The notes: a model not told the origin generated them from the sequence alone. DNA of 32,000 bases from Mycobacterium leprae TN (GCF_000195855.1 NC_002677.1:3236204-3268203), one strand, 5' to 3'. Counted from the stretch's first letter, positions 16,858 through 29,441 are shown. Program-made: numbers and translations.

Positions 16858-19800
16858 AGCCCGCTCCCCGGTGGACCCAATCACAATCGGCGCAGCAAGT
16901 CACCCATGCGATGCGTCCGTGTCGGGAGCTGTCCGCACAACAACCCGAACTTTCTGACGCCGCTCTGGTTTCGCGGTCGTGGGCGATGGCATTCGCCACA
17001 CTGATCAGCCGGATCACCGGCTTCGCCCGGGTCGTTCTGCTGGCCGCTATCCTAGGCGCTGCGCTATCTAGCGCCTTCTCGGTGGCCAATCAGTTGCCGA
17101 ATCTGGTCGCCGCGCTGGTGCTAGAGGCGACATTCACCGCAATCTTCGTTCCTGTGCTGGTCCGCGCCGAACGGAGCGACCCAGACGGCGGCACGGCGTT
17201 CGTACGACAGCTAATCACCTTGACGACCACACTGCTACTGCTCTCCACAACACTGTCGGTCCTGGCCGCGCCCCTGCTGGTGCGGTTGATGCTCGGCAGG
17301 AACCCACAGGTCAATGAGCCCCTGACTACCGCTTTCGCCTACTTGCTGTTGCCGCAGGTACTCGCCTATGGCTTGTCATCGGTGTTCATGGCAATCCTGA
17401 ACACCCGCAATGTATTCGGGCCGCCGGCATGGGCTCCCGTCATCAACAACATCGTCGCGATCGCAGCCCTGGTAGGATATCTGGTGACCCCCGGCGAACT
17501 TTCGGTCGATCCTGTCCGAATGGGTAACGCCAAGCTACTGGTACTCGGGATCGGAACCACCGCAGGGGCGTTCGCACAGACAGCGGTGCTACTGGTGGCG
17601 CTTGGCCGTGAGCACATCAGCTTGCATCCGCTGTGGGGACTCGATCAGCGACTCAAACGTTTCGGCGCGATGGCTACCGCGATGGTGCTTTACGTGCTGA
17701 TCAGTCAACTCGGCCTGGTAGTCACCAACCAGATCGCCAGCACGACAGCGGCTTCCGGCCCCGCGATCTATAACTATACCTGGCTGGTCTTGATGCTGCC
17801 GTTCGGCATAATTGGGGTTACAGTGTTGACCGTCGTGATGCCGCGACTAAGCCGCAACGCCGCCGCTAACGACACTCCGGCCATGCTCGCCGACCTATCG
17901 CTAGCCACCCGACTGACGTTGATCACACTTATCCCGACGGTGGCATTCATGACTGCCGGTGGGTCAGCAATGGGGAGTGTACTGTTCGCATACGGCCATT
18001 TCGGCGAGGTCGACGCCGGATATCTGGGTACCGCAATCGTGTTGTCCGCGTTCACCTTGATCCCATACGGGCTCGTGCTATTGCAGCTGCGCGTGTTCTA
18101 CGCCCGGGAACAGCCCTGGACACCGATCGTGATCATTGTCGTCATCACGGCCGTCAGAATCATCGTCTCAGTGCTAGCACCCTACGTCATCAGTAACCCC
18201 GAGCTGGTCGCCGGTTACCTCGGGATGGCAAACGGCCTCGGATTTGCGGCCGGCGCGATCGTCGGCTACTACCTGCTGCGGCGCGCACTCCTGCCCACCG
18301 GTGGGCACTTATTCGGTGTCCAGGAAATACGGACCGTCCTTGTGACGATAGCCGCGTCGTTGTTGGCCGGTCTGGCTGCCCATATAGCCGATCGGCTACT
18401 ACGGCTAAACGAGTTGACCATGCACGGCGGTGGCGCGGGCTCGTTGCTCCGATTGACGGTGCTGACGAGCATCATGTTGCCGACCATGGCCGTGGTAATG
18501 CTTCGCGGACACGTCCCTGAAGTGCACGCGGCACTGGGCGCTGTCAGAGGCCAGATCATGAGTCGAAACTGGATAGCGAAACTGCAGAAAGCGACTGTGC
18601 CAGATCAATCATCCCGGCCCATCACAGTCACGTACCCTGGGCAAAACAATTCGTCACCACCGAGGGTAAATGCGATCCAGGAGTCAATCCGGAGCAGGCC
18701 TCCGGAAAGGATAGCCAAAGCCCAGATAGCGAAAGGACCGGAGGTGAGCGACCGCCCAGTGGAGAGCGCCTCATCACGTTCTGCGTCAGACACCGGGCTA
18801 CCCTCTGAACTGCCAAGGCCGGTTGCCGGCAACTCCCAACCCTATATTTCAGCCAACCTCGAACTTGAACATGTCGCGTCGTTACATCCTCCTGAACAGC
18901 AGAAAGTCGATTTCCCAGCCTATCCCGCTCGCAGACCGATTCGATTCGAGGTATCCCGCGAACGGGGCGGGGAGCAATCATCACCAACCGGCGATGTTCA
19001 CTTGGTACCCGGCGCCTGCATCGCCGGTGGCCGCTATCGACTGTTAGCTTTCCACGGCGGTGCGCCTTCTCTACAGTTTTGGCAGGCACTAGACACTGCG
19101 TTGGACCGGCAAGTGGCGCTGACTTTCGTTAATCCGGATGGGGCCCTGCCCGACGATAGCCTGCAAGAAACCCTGTCCCGGACTTTGCGGCTCAGCCGGA
19201 TCGACATGCCTGGTGTCGCTCAAGTGCTCGACGTAATCCACACCGGTTCTGGCGGCTTAGTGGTTTCAGAGTGGATCCGCGGTGGTTCGTTACATGAGGT
19301 CGCCGACACCTCGCCGTCGCCTGTCGGCGCCATCCGAGCGATGCAATCGTTGGCCGCCGCGGCTGACGCAGCACACCGCGCTGGTGTTGCCCTGTCGATC
19401 GACCATCCCAGCCGGGTACGCGTCAGCACCGAGGGTGACGTCGTGCTGGCTTACCCCGCGACCATGCCCGACGCCAACCACCACACCGACATCCGCGGAA
19501 TCGGAGCCACACTGTATGCCTTGTTGGTCAACCGGTGGCCACTACCGGAGGCTGGGATGCATAGCGGCCTGGCGCCGGCCCAGCAAGATACCACCGGCCA
19601 ACCCGTTGAACCCGCCGTAATCGATCAGAACATCCCCACCCAGATTTCCGCAGTCACTGTCCGCGCAGTTCAAGAAGATGGCGGGATACTCAGAGCATCA
19701 ACACTTTTGAACCTACTGCAGCAGGCAACAGCAGTGGCCGACCGCACCGAGGTGCTCAGTCCGATCGACGACAGATCCCCGACACCAACAGCTTTCTGCC

Positions 19801-20474
19801 CCACAACCGCACGGGATCCTGTGGTCTTCGCCCAGCGACGCCGCAACCTGCTGATCGGTATCGGCGCGGCAGTCGTCATCTTGGTGGTGGCCTTGTTGGT
19901 GATGGCATCAGTGATCAACAAAGTCTTCGGCCACCTCGGCAGTGGACTCAACAACGACAAACTCGGGTTGAACACGCCTACATCATCGACGTCGTCGTCA
20001 CCTACCAGTTCGGTGCCTGAGGGCAGCATTGTCAAGCCCACGAAGGCGACGGTCTTTTCCCCCGATGGCGAAGCAGACAATCCTGATGACGCCGGGCTGG
20101 CGATCGACGGCAACCCGGCTACCTCGTGGCAAACCGACATCTACAACGATGCGGTCCCATTCCCCGGTTTCAAAAACGGAGTCGGATTGATGTTACACTT
20201 GCCCAAGCCTACGGTGGTCAGCGCGGTCACCATCGACGTTGCCAGCATCGGCACCAAGGTAGAAATTCGCTCAGCTTCCACACCCACACCGGCAAAGTTG
20301 GCAGACACTACTGTGCTAATTCCGGCCACTGCGCTCAAACCCGGCCATAATGTCATCGAGGTCAACTCCGGCTCACCAATGTCGAATCTGCTAGTATGGA
20401 TTTCGACGTTGGGAAGCACTGGCGGCAAAAGTCTTGCTGTGATCTCAGAAATCACAATTCATACTCCGTCCTAA
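16854..20474 (+). CDS. mviN: Lipid II flippase MurJ/MviN fused to an intracellular pseudokinase domain and an extracellular C-terminal domain
   Basis: 1206-aa ORF. The MurJ polytopic N-terminal half includes LISRITGFARVVLLAAILG and many TM segments. A kinase-like region follows (GGRYRLLAFHGG...QFWQALD...ALTFVNP), then a further TM helix (LLIGIGAAVVILVVALLVMASVI) and a Ser/Thr-rich linker plus a beta-rich domain. It is colinear with Rv3910 as recalled. The start is ATG 16854 (ATGA overlap) or ATG 16911. Confidence 0.95.
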   Translation: MKPAPRWTQSQSAQQVTHAMRPCRELSAQQPELSDAALVSRSWAMAFATLISRITGFARVVLLAAILGAALSSAFSVANQLPNLVAALVLEATFTAIFVPVLVRAERSDPDGGTAFVRQLITLTTTLLLLSTTLSVLAAPLLVRLMLGRNPQVNEPLTTAFAYLLLPQVLAYGLSSVFMAILNTRNVFGPPAWAPVINNIVAIAALVGYLVTPGELSVDPVRMGNAKLLVLGIGTTAGAFAQTAVLLVALGREHISLHPLWGLDQRLKRFGAMATAMVLYVLISQLGLVVTNQIASTTAASGPAIYNYTWLVLMLPFGIIGVTVLTVVMPRLSRNAAANDTPAMLADLSLATRLTLITLIPTVAFMTAGGSAMGSVLFAYGHFGEVDAGYLGTAIVLSAFTLIPYGLVLLQLRVFYAREQPWTPIVIIVVITAVRIIVSVLAPYVISNPELVAGYLGMANGLGFAAGAIVGYYLLRRALLPTGGHLFGVQEIRTVLVTIAASLLAGLAAHIADRLLRLNELTMHGGGAGSLLRLTVLTSIMLPTMAVVMLRGHVPEVHAALGAVRGQIMSRNWIAKLQKATVPDQSSRPITVTYPGQNNSSPPRVNAIQESIRSRPPERIAKAQIAKGPEVSDRPVESASSRSASDTGLPSELPRPVAGNSQPYISANLELEHVASLHPPEQQKVDFPAYPARRPIRFEVSRERGGEQSSPTGDVHLVPGACIAGGRYRLLAFHGGAPSLQFWQALDTALDRQVALTFVNPDGALPDDSLQETLSRTLRLSRIDMPGVAQVLDVIHTGSGGLVVSEWIRGGSLHEVADTSPSPVGAIRAMQSLAAAADAAHRAGVALSIDHPSRVRVSTEGDVVLAYPATMPDANHHTDIRGIGATLYALLVNRWPLPEAGMHSGLAPAQQDTTGQPVEPAVIDQNIPTQISAVTVRAVQEDGGILRASTLLNLLQQATAVADRTEVLSPIDDRSPTPTAFCPTTARDPVVFAQRRRNLLIGIGAAVVILVVALLVMASVINKVFGHLGSGLNNDKLGLNTPTSSTSSSPTSSVPEGSIVKPTKATVFSPDGEADNPDDAGLAIDGNPATSWQTDIYNDAVPFPGFKNGVGLMLHLPKPTVVSAVTIDVASIGTKVEIRSASTPTPAKLADTTVLIPATALKPGHNVIEVNSGSPMSNLLVWISTLGSTGGKSLAVISEITIHTPS

Positions 20475-20509
20475 CAAGACCTTTTGGTACCTACCTAGCT
20501 AGATGAAGT

Positions 20510-21223
20510 AACGTGCCATGATTGATTAGCTACTACTCCGCTGTGAGATTCACGAAAAAATACAAGTGAAAACGCGGAGAAGTCAAATCGCTAACCGTCC
20601 ACGTTACCGGAAACTGCGCTACACCTCCGGCGAGCTGTTCAAGCGTCATCAATTATTGTGATGCCAGTTCACACAACTCATCAACCACATCCGTAAAAAT
20701 GCCGAAGATGCGCCACGGAACGTAATATTTCAACACATCGCTCCATCGGCTTTTTCTGTACGACGCCACAGCTCACAATTGGCCGCACCACATTTTGGTA
20801 ATTGTGGTAAACGCCTACCTGAACCGGCTGCAGCACACCCTTAGCCCACCCAACCAACCCACTATAGAGAATGTCGATCAGGTGGCTGATCGACATCGCA
20901 CAGGCAGAAACAATACTTATGGTGCAGCAGGTTACAGCTTCCTGTCAAGCAACGCACCACGCTAGTCGCCGTCTACACGACGATTTACTTCGATCATGTC
21001 GATCGTGGACACTGCTCGGATGCCGAATGTTGATAAGAACACAGTAAAGAGGTGCTGCGTCCACCACGTCAAGCTGTTCGGTCATTTCGAACCAGTGCCT
21101 GTATCAAGGCTGACTGGGCCGTTGATCACGGCTAGCTTAAAGCTAAAACATCCCGGTCAAAGTTCGCTGCTTGACGATCGGATAATGTGTAAGACCATAA
21201 AAATATATTATTACAGACACTGA
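20510..21223 (+). pseudogene. sigM: ECF sigma factor SigM pseudogene
   Basis: The fragments, in shifting + frames, are EVKSLTVHVTGN, GELFKRHQLL-stop, the region 2 segment WPHHILVIVVNAYLNRLQ and the region 4 HTH MSIVDTARMPNVDKNTVKRC. They align to SigM (Rv3911) as recalled and are interrupted by several stops and frameshifts. The 5' boundary is approximate. Confidence 0.8.
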
Positions 21224-21224
21224 G

Positions 21225-21945
21225 ATGGACAAGTGAATCCGACAAAAATATGGTGATCCCTGTGCGACGGGCCACGATCCGCATAATACGCTCCTAACGA
21301 CGGAGCTCCTTACTGACCTGCAAGCCAATCTGTTTAATGACGATGCCGCAGCTCGTGTACGTGGCTTGGTCCGGGCAAACCAAAAGACATCAGGCACCCC
21401 CGGGCGCTAAACCGAGTGTTCAGCAATCTCGCCGCGGTAAAATTCGACCCTCGGTTTTAACCGCCGATAAACCCGAGACCCGGATATCAGCCAGTGCACG
21501 CCGGCCACGCAATCGACATAGCTACTGACTCGGCGCTACCGCCGGTCAATCCCAACAAAAGTGATCGCGACCGCCACCAGTTTGAGCACGGTAGCCATGA
21601 TCGACACACCAACAGCAAATCGACCACCGTATAGCACGGCATCGACACTCCCCGCGGTGATATCGCCATCGAAAGCATGGATCGTCGACTTGCTCCAGTG
21701 TACTACCGAACCCAGAGTTTGGCTCACTCGACGACGCTATGTGCCATGTTTCAGTAACCTCGGCTATTCGAGACGCCCACCATCGGTGCTGGGCGTTCAG
21801 CTGATTTGACGTCAATACCCAACTCAGCCGTCTTGCTAGTGCTTCCCAACGACATACGCGACAAACTCACCGTTTTTGCTATAGACACCATATTGCAGCG
21901 CGGTCGATACCAGACTGCTGTCCACCACCGGAATCCCGAGCCCTA
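21225..21945 (+). pseudogene. Anti-sigma-M factor (Rv3912-like) pseudogene
   Basis: ATG 21225 is followed by TGA at codon 4. Downstream fragments are ELLTDLQANLFNDDAAARVRGLVRANQ, IATATSLSTVAMIDTPTA, FSNLGYSRRPPSVLGVQLI and YCSAVDTRLLSTTGIP. They align colinearly with Rv3912 as recalled and contain many stops. The 3' boundary is approximate. Confidence 0.75.
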
Positions 21946-22046
21946 GCAGGTGCGCATGTTGTTGGGACGCGCAGGATAACAGCAATGCCTACGCTGGTGT
22001 TCGTAACCATATTGCCGGATTAGCTTGATGTACCTGAAAGGCTCGC

Positions 22047-23423
22047 ATGAACACCACTCCTTCTGCGCATGAGACGATACACGAAGTGATCGTTATTGGC
22101 TCCGGTCCAGCAGGCTACACTGCTGCCCTGTACGCCGCTCGTGCACAGCTAACACCGCTGGTATTTGAGGGTACCTCATTCGGCGGCGCGCTGATGACCA
22201 CCACCGAGGTGGAAAACTACCCAGGTTTTCGCAACGGCATAACCGGCCCGGAGTTGATGGACGATATGCGTGAACAGGCACTGCGATTCGGCGCGGAACT
22301 GCGGACCGAAGACGTCGAGTCGGTATCATTGCGTGGCCCGATCAAATCGGTCGTCACCGCTGAAGGACAGACTTATCAGGCCCGAGCCGTCATCCTCGCC
22401 ATGGGTACCTCCGTGCGTTATCTACAGATCCCCGGCGAGCAAGAATTGCTAGGACGTGGCGTGAGTGCATGCGCGACCTGCGACGGGTCCTTTTTCCGCG
22501 GCCAAGACATTGCCGTCATTGGCGGTGGAGACTCAGCGATGGAGGAAGCCCTCTTTTTGACCCGGTTCGCCCGCAGCGTCACGCTCGTGCACCGCCGCGA
22601 CGAATTCCGAGCTTCTAAGATCATGCTCGGTCGCGCCCGTAACAATGACAAGATCAAATTCATCACCAACCACACCGTGGTCGCGGTGAACGGGTATACA
22701 ACAGTGACCGGATTGCGGTTGCGTAACACCACAACGGGAGAGGAAACCACGCTAGTAGTGACCGGGGTTTTTGTTGCAATTGGCCATGAACCACGTTCCA
22801 GCCTGGTGAGCGATGTCGTCGACATAGACCCGGATGGCTACGTCCTGGTGAAAGGACGTACGACGAGTACATCGATGGACGGCGTTTTTGCGGCCGGCGA
22901 CCTGGTAGATCGCACCTACCGGCAGGCGATCACTGCCGCAGGTAGTGGCTGTGCCGCCGCCATCGACGCCGAACGTTGGTTGGCGGAGCATGCCGGGTCA
23001 AAAGCTAACGAAACAACAGAGGAAACTGGAGACGTTGACAGTACCGACACAACCGATTGGAGCACTGCGATGACTGACGCCAAGAACGCCGGGGTCACAA
23101 TAGAAGTGACCGATGCTTCCTTTTTCGCAGACGTCTTATCCAGTAATAAGCCTGTGTTAGTTGATTTTTGGGCAACATGGTGTGGACCCTGCAAGATGGT
23201 AGCGCCGGTACTCGAAGAGATCGCGTCCGAACAACGAAACCAGCTCACTGTCGCCAAGTTAGATGTAGACACCAACCCGGAAATGGCACGCGAGTTCCAG
23301 GTCGTGTCGATACCCACAATGATTCTGTTCCAGGGTGGCCAACCAGTAAAACGCATCGTTGGCGCTAAGGGCAAAGCAGCGTTACTACGTGACCTTTCCG
23401 ACGTGGTACCTAACCTCAATTAG
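22047..23423 (+). CDS. trxB: Thioredoxin reductase-thioredoxin fusion protein
   Basis: A single 458-aa ORF. The TrxR part has FAD ([12 protein letters not shown]) and NADPH ([13 protein letters not shown]) motifs and the redox-active CATC at nt 22470-22481. An acidic Thr/Asp-rich linker spans residues ~316-341. A complete thioredoxin follows, with WCGPC at nt 23178-23192. The ancestral thioredoxin ATG is still visible in frame at 23070. Confidence 0.97.
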
Positions 23424-23555
23424 ACTTAATGTAGTTCATGGCAAAACAGCCGTTGCTAGCCTGGGGTTTTCCTGAAACCGACAAGGATCTGCGACAATAC
23501 CGATTAACTGCTGTGCATCTGTCAGCGTGTCAGTTTGCCTCGGAGGGCCCTTGGT

Positions 23556-24776
23556 ATGTCGAGTCCGCGCTGCGAAGACGGCGACACGCTGCGCTGTGGT
23601 GACCGCAACGCCGCTGTTACCGAAATCCGATCTGCGCTAGCTGCGCTGGGACTCTTGCACAGTCCCGGCGACGACCTGACGACTAGCAAGTATATAGCGC
23701 TCGATCTGTTCGACCCGCAACTGGAGCACGCAGTGCGCGCCTTCCAGCAGCATCGCGGGTTGCTGGTAGACGGCGTTGTCGGTGAAGCCACTCACCGAGC
23801 GTTGAAAGAAGCTTCCTACCGACTCGGCGCTCGCACACTGTATCATCGATTCGGAGCACCGCTATCCGGTGATGACGTTGCCACATTGCAAGCCCGGCTA
23901 CAGGACCTTGGCTTCTACACCGGCATGGTCGATGGACACTTCGGATTACAGACCCACAACGCGTTAATATCCTATCAGCGTGAATACGGACTTACTGCCG
24001 ACGGCATTTGCGGCCCAGAAACGTTGCGTTCCCTGTATTTTTTGAGTTCACGGGTAACCGGTGGTTCACCACATGCCATTCGTGAAGAAGAACTTGTTCG
24101 TCGATCCGGGCCTAAACTGTCAGGCAAGCGAATCATCATTGATCCGGGTCGTGGCGGTGCTGACCGTGGTCTGATCACTCAAGGACCGACTGGACCCATC
24201 AGTGAAGCAGATGTGCTGTGGGACTTGGCAAGTCGACTTGAGGGGCGGATGGCCGCTATTGGTATAGAAACTTTCCTCTCTAGGACAACTAACGGTAGCC
24301 CGTCGGACTCCGAACGCGCTGCCATTGCCAATAACGTCGGCGCAGAATTAATGATCAGCTTGCGTTGCGAAACGCAGACTAGTCCTGCTGCTAACGGTGT
24401 GGCTTCCTTCCATTTCGGCAACTCACACGGATCCGTCTCCACCATAGGCCGCAATCTTGCCGATTTCATTCAGCGAGAAATAGTGGCCCGCACCGGGTTA
24501 CGGGATTGTCGTACACACGGTCGGACATGGGATTTGCTGCGATTGACGCGAATGCCGACTGTTCAGATCGACATCGGCTACATCACCAATCCACGAGATC
24601 GCGGCGTACTGATTGGAACACAGAACCGCGATGCCATCGCTGAAGGTATCCTTGCCGCGGTCAAACGACTTTATTTACTAGGCAAGAATGATCAGCCCAC
24701 CGGCACATTCACCTTTGCTGAGCTTCTTGCCCACGAACTATCGGTGGAACGGGCAAGCAGACTCGGTGGTTCTTAA
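23556..24776 (+). CDS. cwlM: CwlM, an N-acetylmuramoyl-L-alanine amidase-family peptidoglycan synthesis regulator
   Basis: The ORF track begins at TTG 23535. ATG 23556 follows a GGAGGG Shine-Dalgarno and gives MSSPRCEDGDTLRCGDRN..., 406 aa. There are two PG-binding repeats (FQQHRGLLVDGVVGEAT and YQREYGLTADGICGPET) and an amidase_3 domain (IIIDPGRGG...). It is colinear with Rv3915 as recalled. Confidence 0.93.
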   Translation: MSSPRCEDGDTLRCGDRNAAVTEIRSALAALGLLHSPGDDLTTSKYIALDLFDPQLEHAVRAFQQHRGLLVDGVVGEATHRALKEASYRLGARTLYHRFGAPLSGDDVATLQARLQDLGFYTGMVDGHFGLQTHNALISYQREYGLTADGICGPETLRSLYFLSSRVTGGSPHAIREEELVRRSGPKLSGKRIIIDPGRGGADRGLITQGPTGPISEADVLWDLASRLEGRMAAIGIETFLSRTTNGSPSDSERAAIANNVGAELMISLRCETQTSPAANGVASFHFGNSHGSVSTIGRNLADFIQREIVARTGLRDCRTHGRTWDLLRLTRMPTVQIDIGYITNPRDRGVLIGTQNRDAIAEGILAAVKRLYLLGKNDQPTGTFTFAELLAHELSVERASRLGGS

Positions 24777-25552
24777 CGTATAAGCCATATATTGCGGCTT
24801 TCAGAATGTTGCTTAACTACAGCTCCGGCCCCGACTGGCTGTTGTAACTGAGCGTCCGCCAGCAGACGCTCTAAGGCGGCCTCGACTTCAGCTTTCCAGC
24901 CAAAGCCCTTGTCCAACTCAAGGCGTAGCCGAGGGAAATATTGGTGCGGTGCAACGACGACGAAACCGACGGCCTTCAAGAAGTCCGCGGCAATGATGCA
25001 GTGGTCGACCGAACAGTCACCGAGAGCCTCCAATACCGGCCGAACATCGGGGGCCACTGTCCGGGGATCCTGCAACTCGGTGGCCACTTCGGTGCGGCCA
25101 AAAGCCTCTAACGCCCGGACTCCACGCCGAACCAGTTCGTCAATTACCTGGCTGATGAGACTCTGTGGAAGACCAGCCGCGACTTGCCCTGGCTCGACGC
25201 CCATCGAAGTCAGTAGGACGGCATCAGCGGACACTGGCGCAGTGGGAAACCGATATGCTCGGGGCACTACCCGTGGTGGGGCATAAAGCATATACCCCAA
25301 GCACGGCGGCTCTAAGTGTTTGAATGCATCAGATTGGCGGCACTCGTCCATAATCGCCGTTGCGACCTGACCACACGAACCCCATTCCAACATTACCATC
25401 GACAACCAAGCTTCCTTTTCGAATTCAAGATCAACGAGGTGGTCCTGGTTGCCAAGGGTCGCCGGGTCGACCTCCCAAAAGACGCACCGGCGTGCATGCT
25501 TAGGGAGCTGCTCGAAAGCTTCGAGACGTAGCGGTGTGATTTGAGCAGACAC
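24773..25552 (-). CDS. Conserved hypothetical protein (Rv3916c-like)
   Basis: 259-aa ORF. The sequence MSAQITPLRLEAFEQLPKHARRCVFWEVDP...EKEAWLSMVMLEWGSCGQ closely matches my recollection of Rv3916c. Its stop overlaps the cwlM stop on the opposite strand. Confidence 0.85.
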   Translation of the reverse strand: MSAQITPLRLEAFEQLPKHARRCVFWEVDPATLGNQDHLVDLEFEKEAWLSMVMLEWGSCGQVATAIMDECRQSDAFKHLEPPCLGYMLYAPPRVVPRAYRFPTAPVSADAVLLTSMGVEPGQVAAGLPQSLISQVIDELVRRGVRALEAFGRTEVATELQDPRTVAPDVRPVLEALGDCSVDHCIIAADFLKAVGFVVVAPHQYFPRLRLELDKGFGWKAEVEAALERLLADAQLQQPVGAGAVVKQHSESRNIWLIR

Positions 25553-25904
25553 TAGTTTTCTGGCCTCCGTGCGCCACTACCGCTACTAGCCCTGTTCGTC
25601 CACAAACGAACCCAACGGGCCCGCGTCACCATTAAGCACCAACAACCCGGCTTTCCGTGACTGATATGCACGAGCAACCTCTACAGGATAAGAGGGTTTG
25701 TCAACATCCGGCCAGTGTTGACGTCGCCAGTTGAGTTAATCCGCCAGAACAATTTCCGCACCATCGAGTTAACAGTCGATTCTCGAAATAGCTTACCGCA
25801 AACCAGTTTTACGTGAGATTACGGTATCTAAAGCAATATTGTGCACATCCGAAAGCCGCTACAGTATCACAATGATGTAATTACAGAACATCTCTCTTCT
25901 TGAT

Positions 25905-26906
25905 TCACGTTTTGTAGGTAGTCATCACGTCAACAATGCGCTGTAGATCATCAACTGAGCTGAACTCCACCACAATCTTCCCTTTACGTTTACCAAGACT
26001 GACCATAACTCGGGTATCGAAAGCATTCGACAGTCGTTCAGCAACGTCTTGCAGGCCAGGCATGCAAATCGGTTTACGCCGCTGCGGTACTGGCGTGATC
26101 ACTTCTCTATTGACCCTATTGACCTCGTGATTGGCCAACTTAACCGCTTCCTCGGTGGCTCGCACCGATAGACCTTCAGCGATAATCCGGCTGGCTAGTT
26201 CTTCCTGAACCTCAGGATTGGCCTCCAAGGAGAGCAGCGCACGAGCGTGGCCAGCGGACAAGACACCTGCCGCCACTCGACGCTGAACCGGAATCGGCAA
26301 CTTGAGTAACCGGATCATATTAGTGATCAGTGGCCGTGAACGGCCGATCCGGGATGCCAGTTCGTCATGGGTTACCTCAAACTCGTCAAGGAGTTGCTGA
26401 TAAGCCGCAGCCTCCTCTAAAGGGTTTAGCTGCACCCGATGGATGTTCTCTAGCAGAGCATCGCGCAACATACTATCGTCACCTGTCGCGCGCACGATAG
26501 CTGGAATAAAACTCAGGCCTGCCTGTTGAGCCGCCCGCCAACGACGCTCTCCCATCACAATTTGGTATCTTGTGTCGCCGCACGATCCACTCGCTGGCCG
26601 CACCACGATCGGCTGTAGCAGGCCAAATTCGCGAATAGAGTGCACCAATTCGGACATCGCTTCGTCGTCGAATACCTGTCGCGGCTGGCAAGGATTCTCC
26701 GTGATATCAGACAGTGCGATCTCTCGATACACTGCACCCATCGCATTGTCCTTCTGCGCAGACCCTCCAATTAATACGTCAGCGGCCGTGTTTCCCATCT
26801 GAGGACCATACGTCGCAGGTCCAGAGTCAGCATCCACAGGGCCAGTGGGAATCAATGAAGCCAAGCCTCGTCCGAGGCCACCCTTCTTACATAACGACTG
26901 AGTCAT
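25905..26906 (-). CDS. parB: Chromosome partitioning protein ParB
   Basis: It has the ParB box [11 protein letters not shown], the N-terminal domain LLQPIVVR...[11 protein letters not shown] and the [29 protein letters not shown] 26906 (MTQSL...) lies 6 nt downstream of GAAGGG and matches the Rv3917c N-terminus as recalled. The ORF-track start, ATG 26912, overlaps the parA stop and is the alternative. Confidence 0.95.
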   Translation of the reverse strand: MTQSLCKKGGLGRGLASLIPTGPVDADSGPATYGPQMGNTAADVLIGGSAQKDNAMGAVYREIALSDITENPCQPRQVFDDEAMSELVHSIREFGLLQPIVVRPASGSCGDTRYQIVMGERRWRAAQQAGLSFIPAIVRATGDDSMLRDALLENIHRVQLNPLEEAAAYQQLLDEFEVTHDELASRIGRSRPLITNMIRLLKLPIPVQRRVAAGVLSAGHARALLSLEANPEVQEELASRIIAEGLSVRATEEAVKLANHEVNRVNREVITPVPQRRKPICMPGLQDVAERLSNAFDTRVMVSLGKRKGKIVVEFSSVDDLQRIVDVMTTYKT

Positions 26907-26908
26907 AC

Positions 26909-28710
<1,802 letters not shown>

Positions 28711-28778
28711 CTAAACGTTCAAAGTCTGCCAGTTGTGACCGTCCGCTACACTCAACTCCACCATATCTACAATCGCCG

Positions 28779-29360
28779 CTAATCACGTAAAATAATGACC
28801 CGCCGTGCTGTTCCCATACCTTCACTTTCACTGTGCACTCCAGGTACTGCCGCAATAGCATCATGCACGATCTTTCGTTCAAACGGTGTCATCGGAGTGA
28901 GCTTTTCACACTCGCCGGTTGCGAGCACCCGCCACGCCATCCTGTCGCCCAACGCAACCAATTCTTCCCGGCGCCGCCGTCGCCATCCTGCAATATCAAG
29001 CATCAACCGGCTCCGTACACCAGTTTTCTGGTGTACGGCTAGCCGAGTAAGTTCCTGCAAAGCATCGAGCACTTCGCCTGTACGCCCAACTAATTTATTC
29101 AAATCATCACCGCCGTCGATGCTGACTACTGCCCGAGTTCCCTCAACATCTAGATCAATGTCACCATCAAAGTCCAACAAGTCCAACAACTCTTCCAGAT
29201 AATCACCAGCAATTTCACCCTCAGCAACCAACCGTTCCTCAAAATCGTTTGACTTATTAGCGTTGGCATCTGCCGTCGTCTCATCATCCAAGAGATCTTC
29301 CATCAACGTTTGTGTATCTGACTGGTGAACATCACACTCGGTAGTTTCAACATCTGTCAT
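28779..29360 (-). CDS. jag: Jag-like RNA-binding protein (KH + R3H domains; Rv3920c-like)
   Basis: 193-aa ORF. It has an acidic N-terminus, a KH-like central region and a C-terminal R3H motif (FERKIVHDAIAAVPGVHSESEG). It sits in the conserved position between yidC and gid. Confidence 0.9.
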   Translation of the reverse strand: MTDVETTECDVHQSDTQTLMEDLLDDETTADANANKSNDFEERLVAEGEIAGDYLEELLDLLDFDGDIDLDVEGTRAVVSIDGGDDLNKLVGRTGEVLDALQELTRLAVHQKTGVRSRLMLDIAGWRRRRREELVALGDRMAWRVLATGECEKLTPMTPFERKIVHDAIAAVPGVHSESEGMGTARRVIILRD

Positions 29361-29441
29361 GGCTTCTCTTTCTCAATCCACAAGTCCATGCCCTCTTAAG
29401 TCATTCAACGAACTCGACCCAGTAAAAATTTTGACACCTCG

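Noticed and set aside
21946-22046. Search for an ECF (SigH/SigE-type GGAA-N16-18-GTT) promoter upstream of trxB-trxA
   Set aside because: The GGAAT...GTT and GGATA...GTT pairs present have spacers of about 23 and 20 nt, which are outside the usual range. No promoter call can be justified.
25806-25819. parS-like GTTTTACGTGAGAT in the intergenic region between the Rv3916c-like gene and parB
   Set aside because: It has three mismatches to the core consensus. The same 352-bp spacer also holds a 10-bp AT-rich palindrome (TGTAATTACA, 25876-25885) and a one-mismatch DnaA-box-like TCGTCCACA (25596-25604). Each is short enough to occur by chance.
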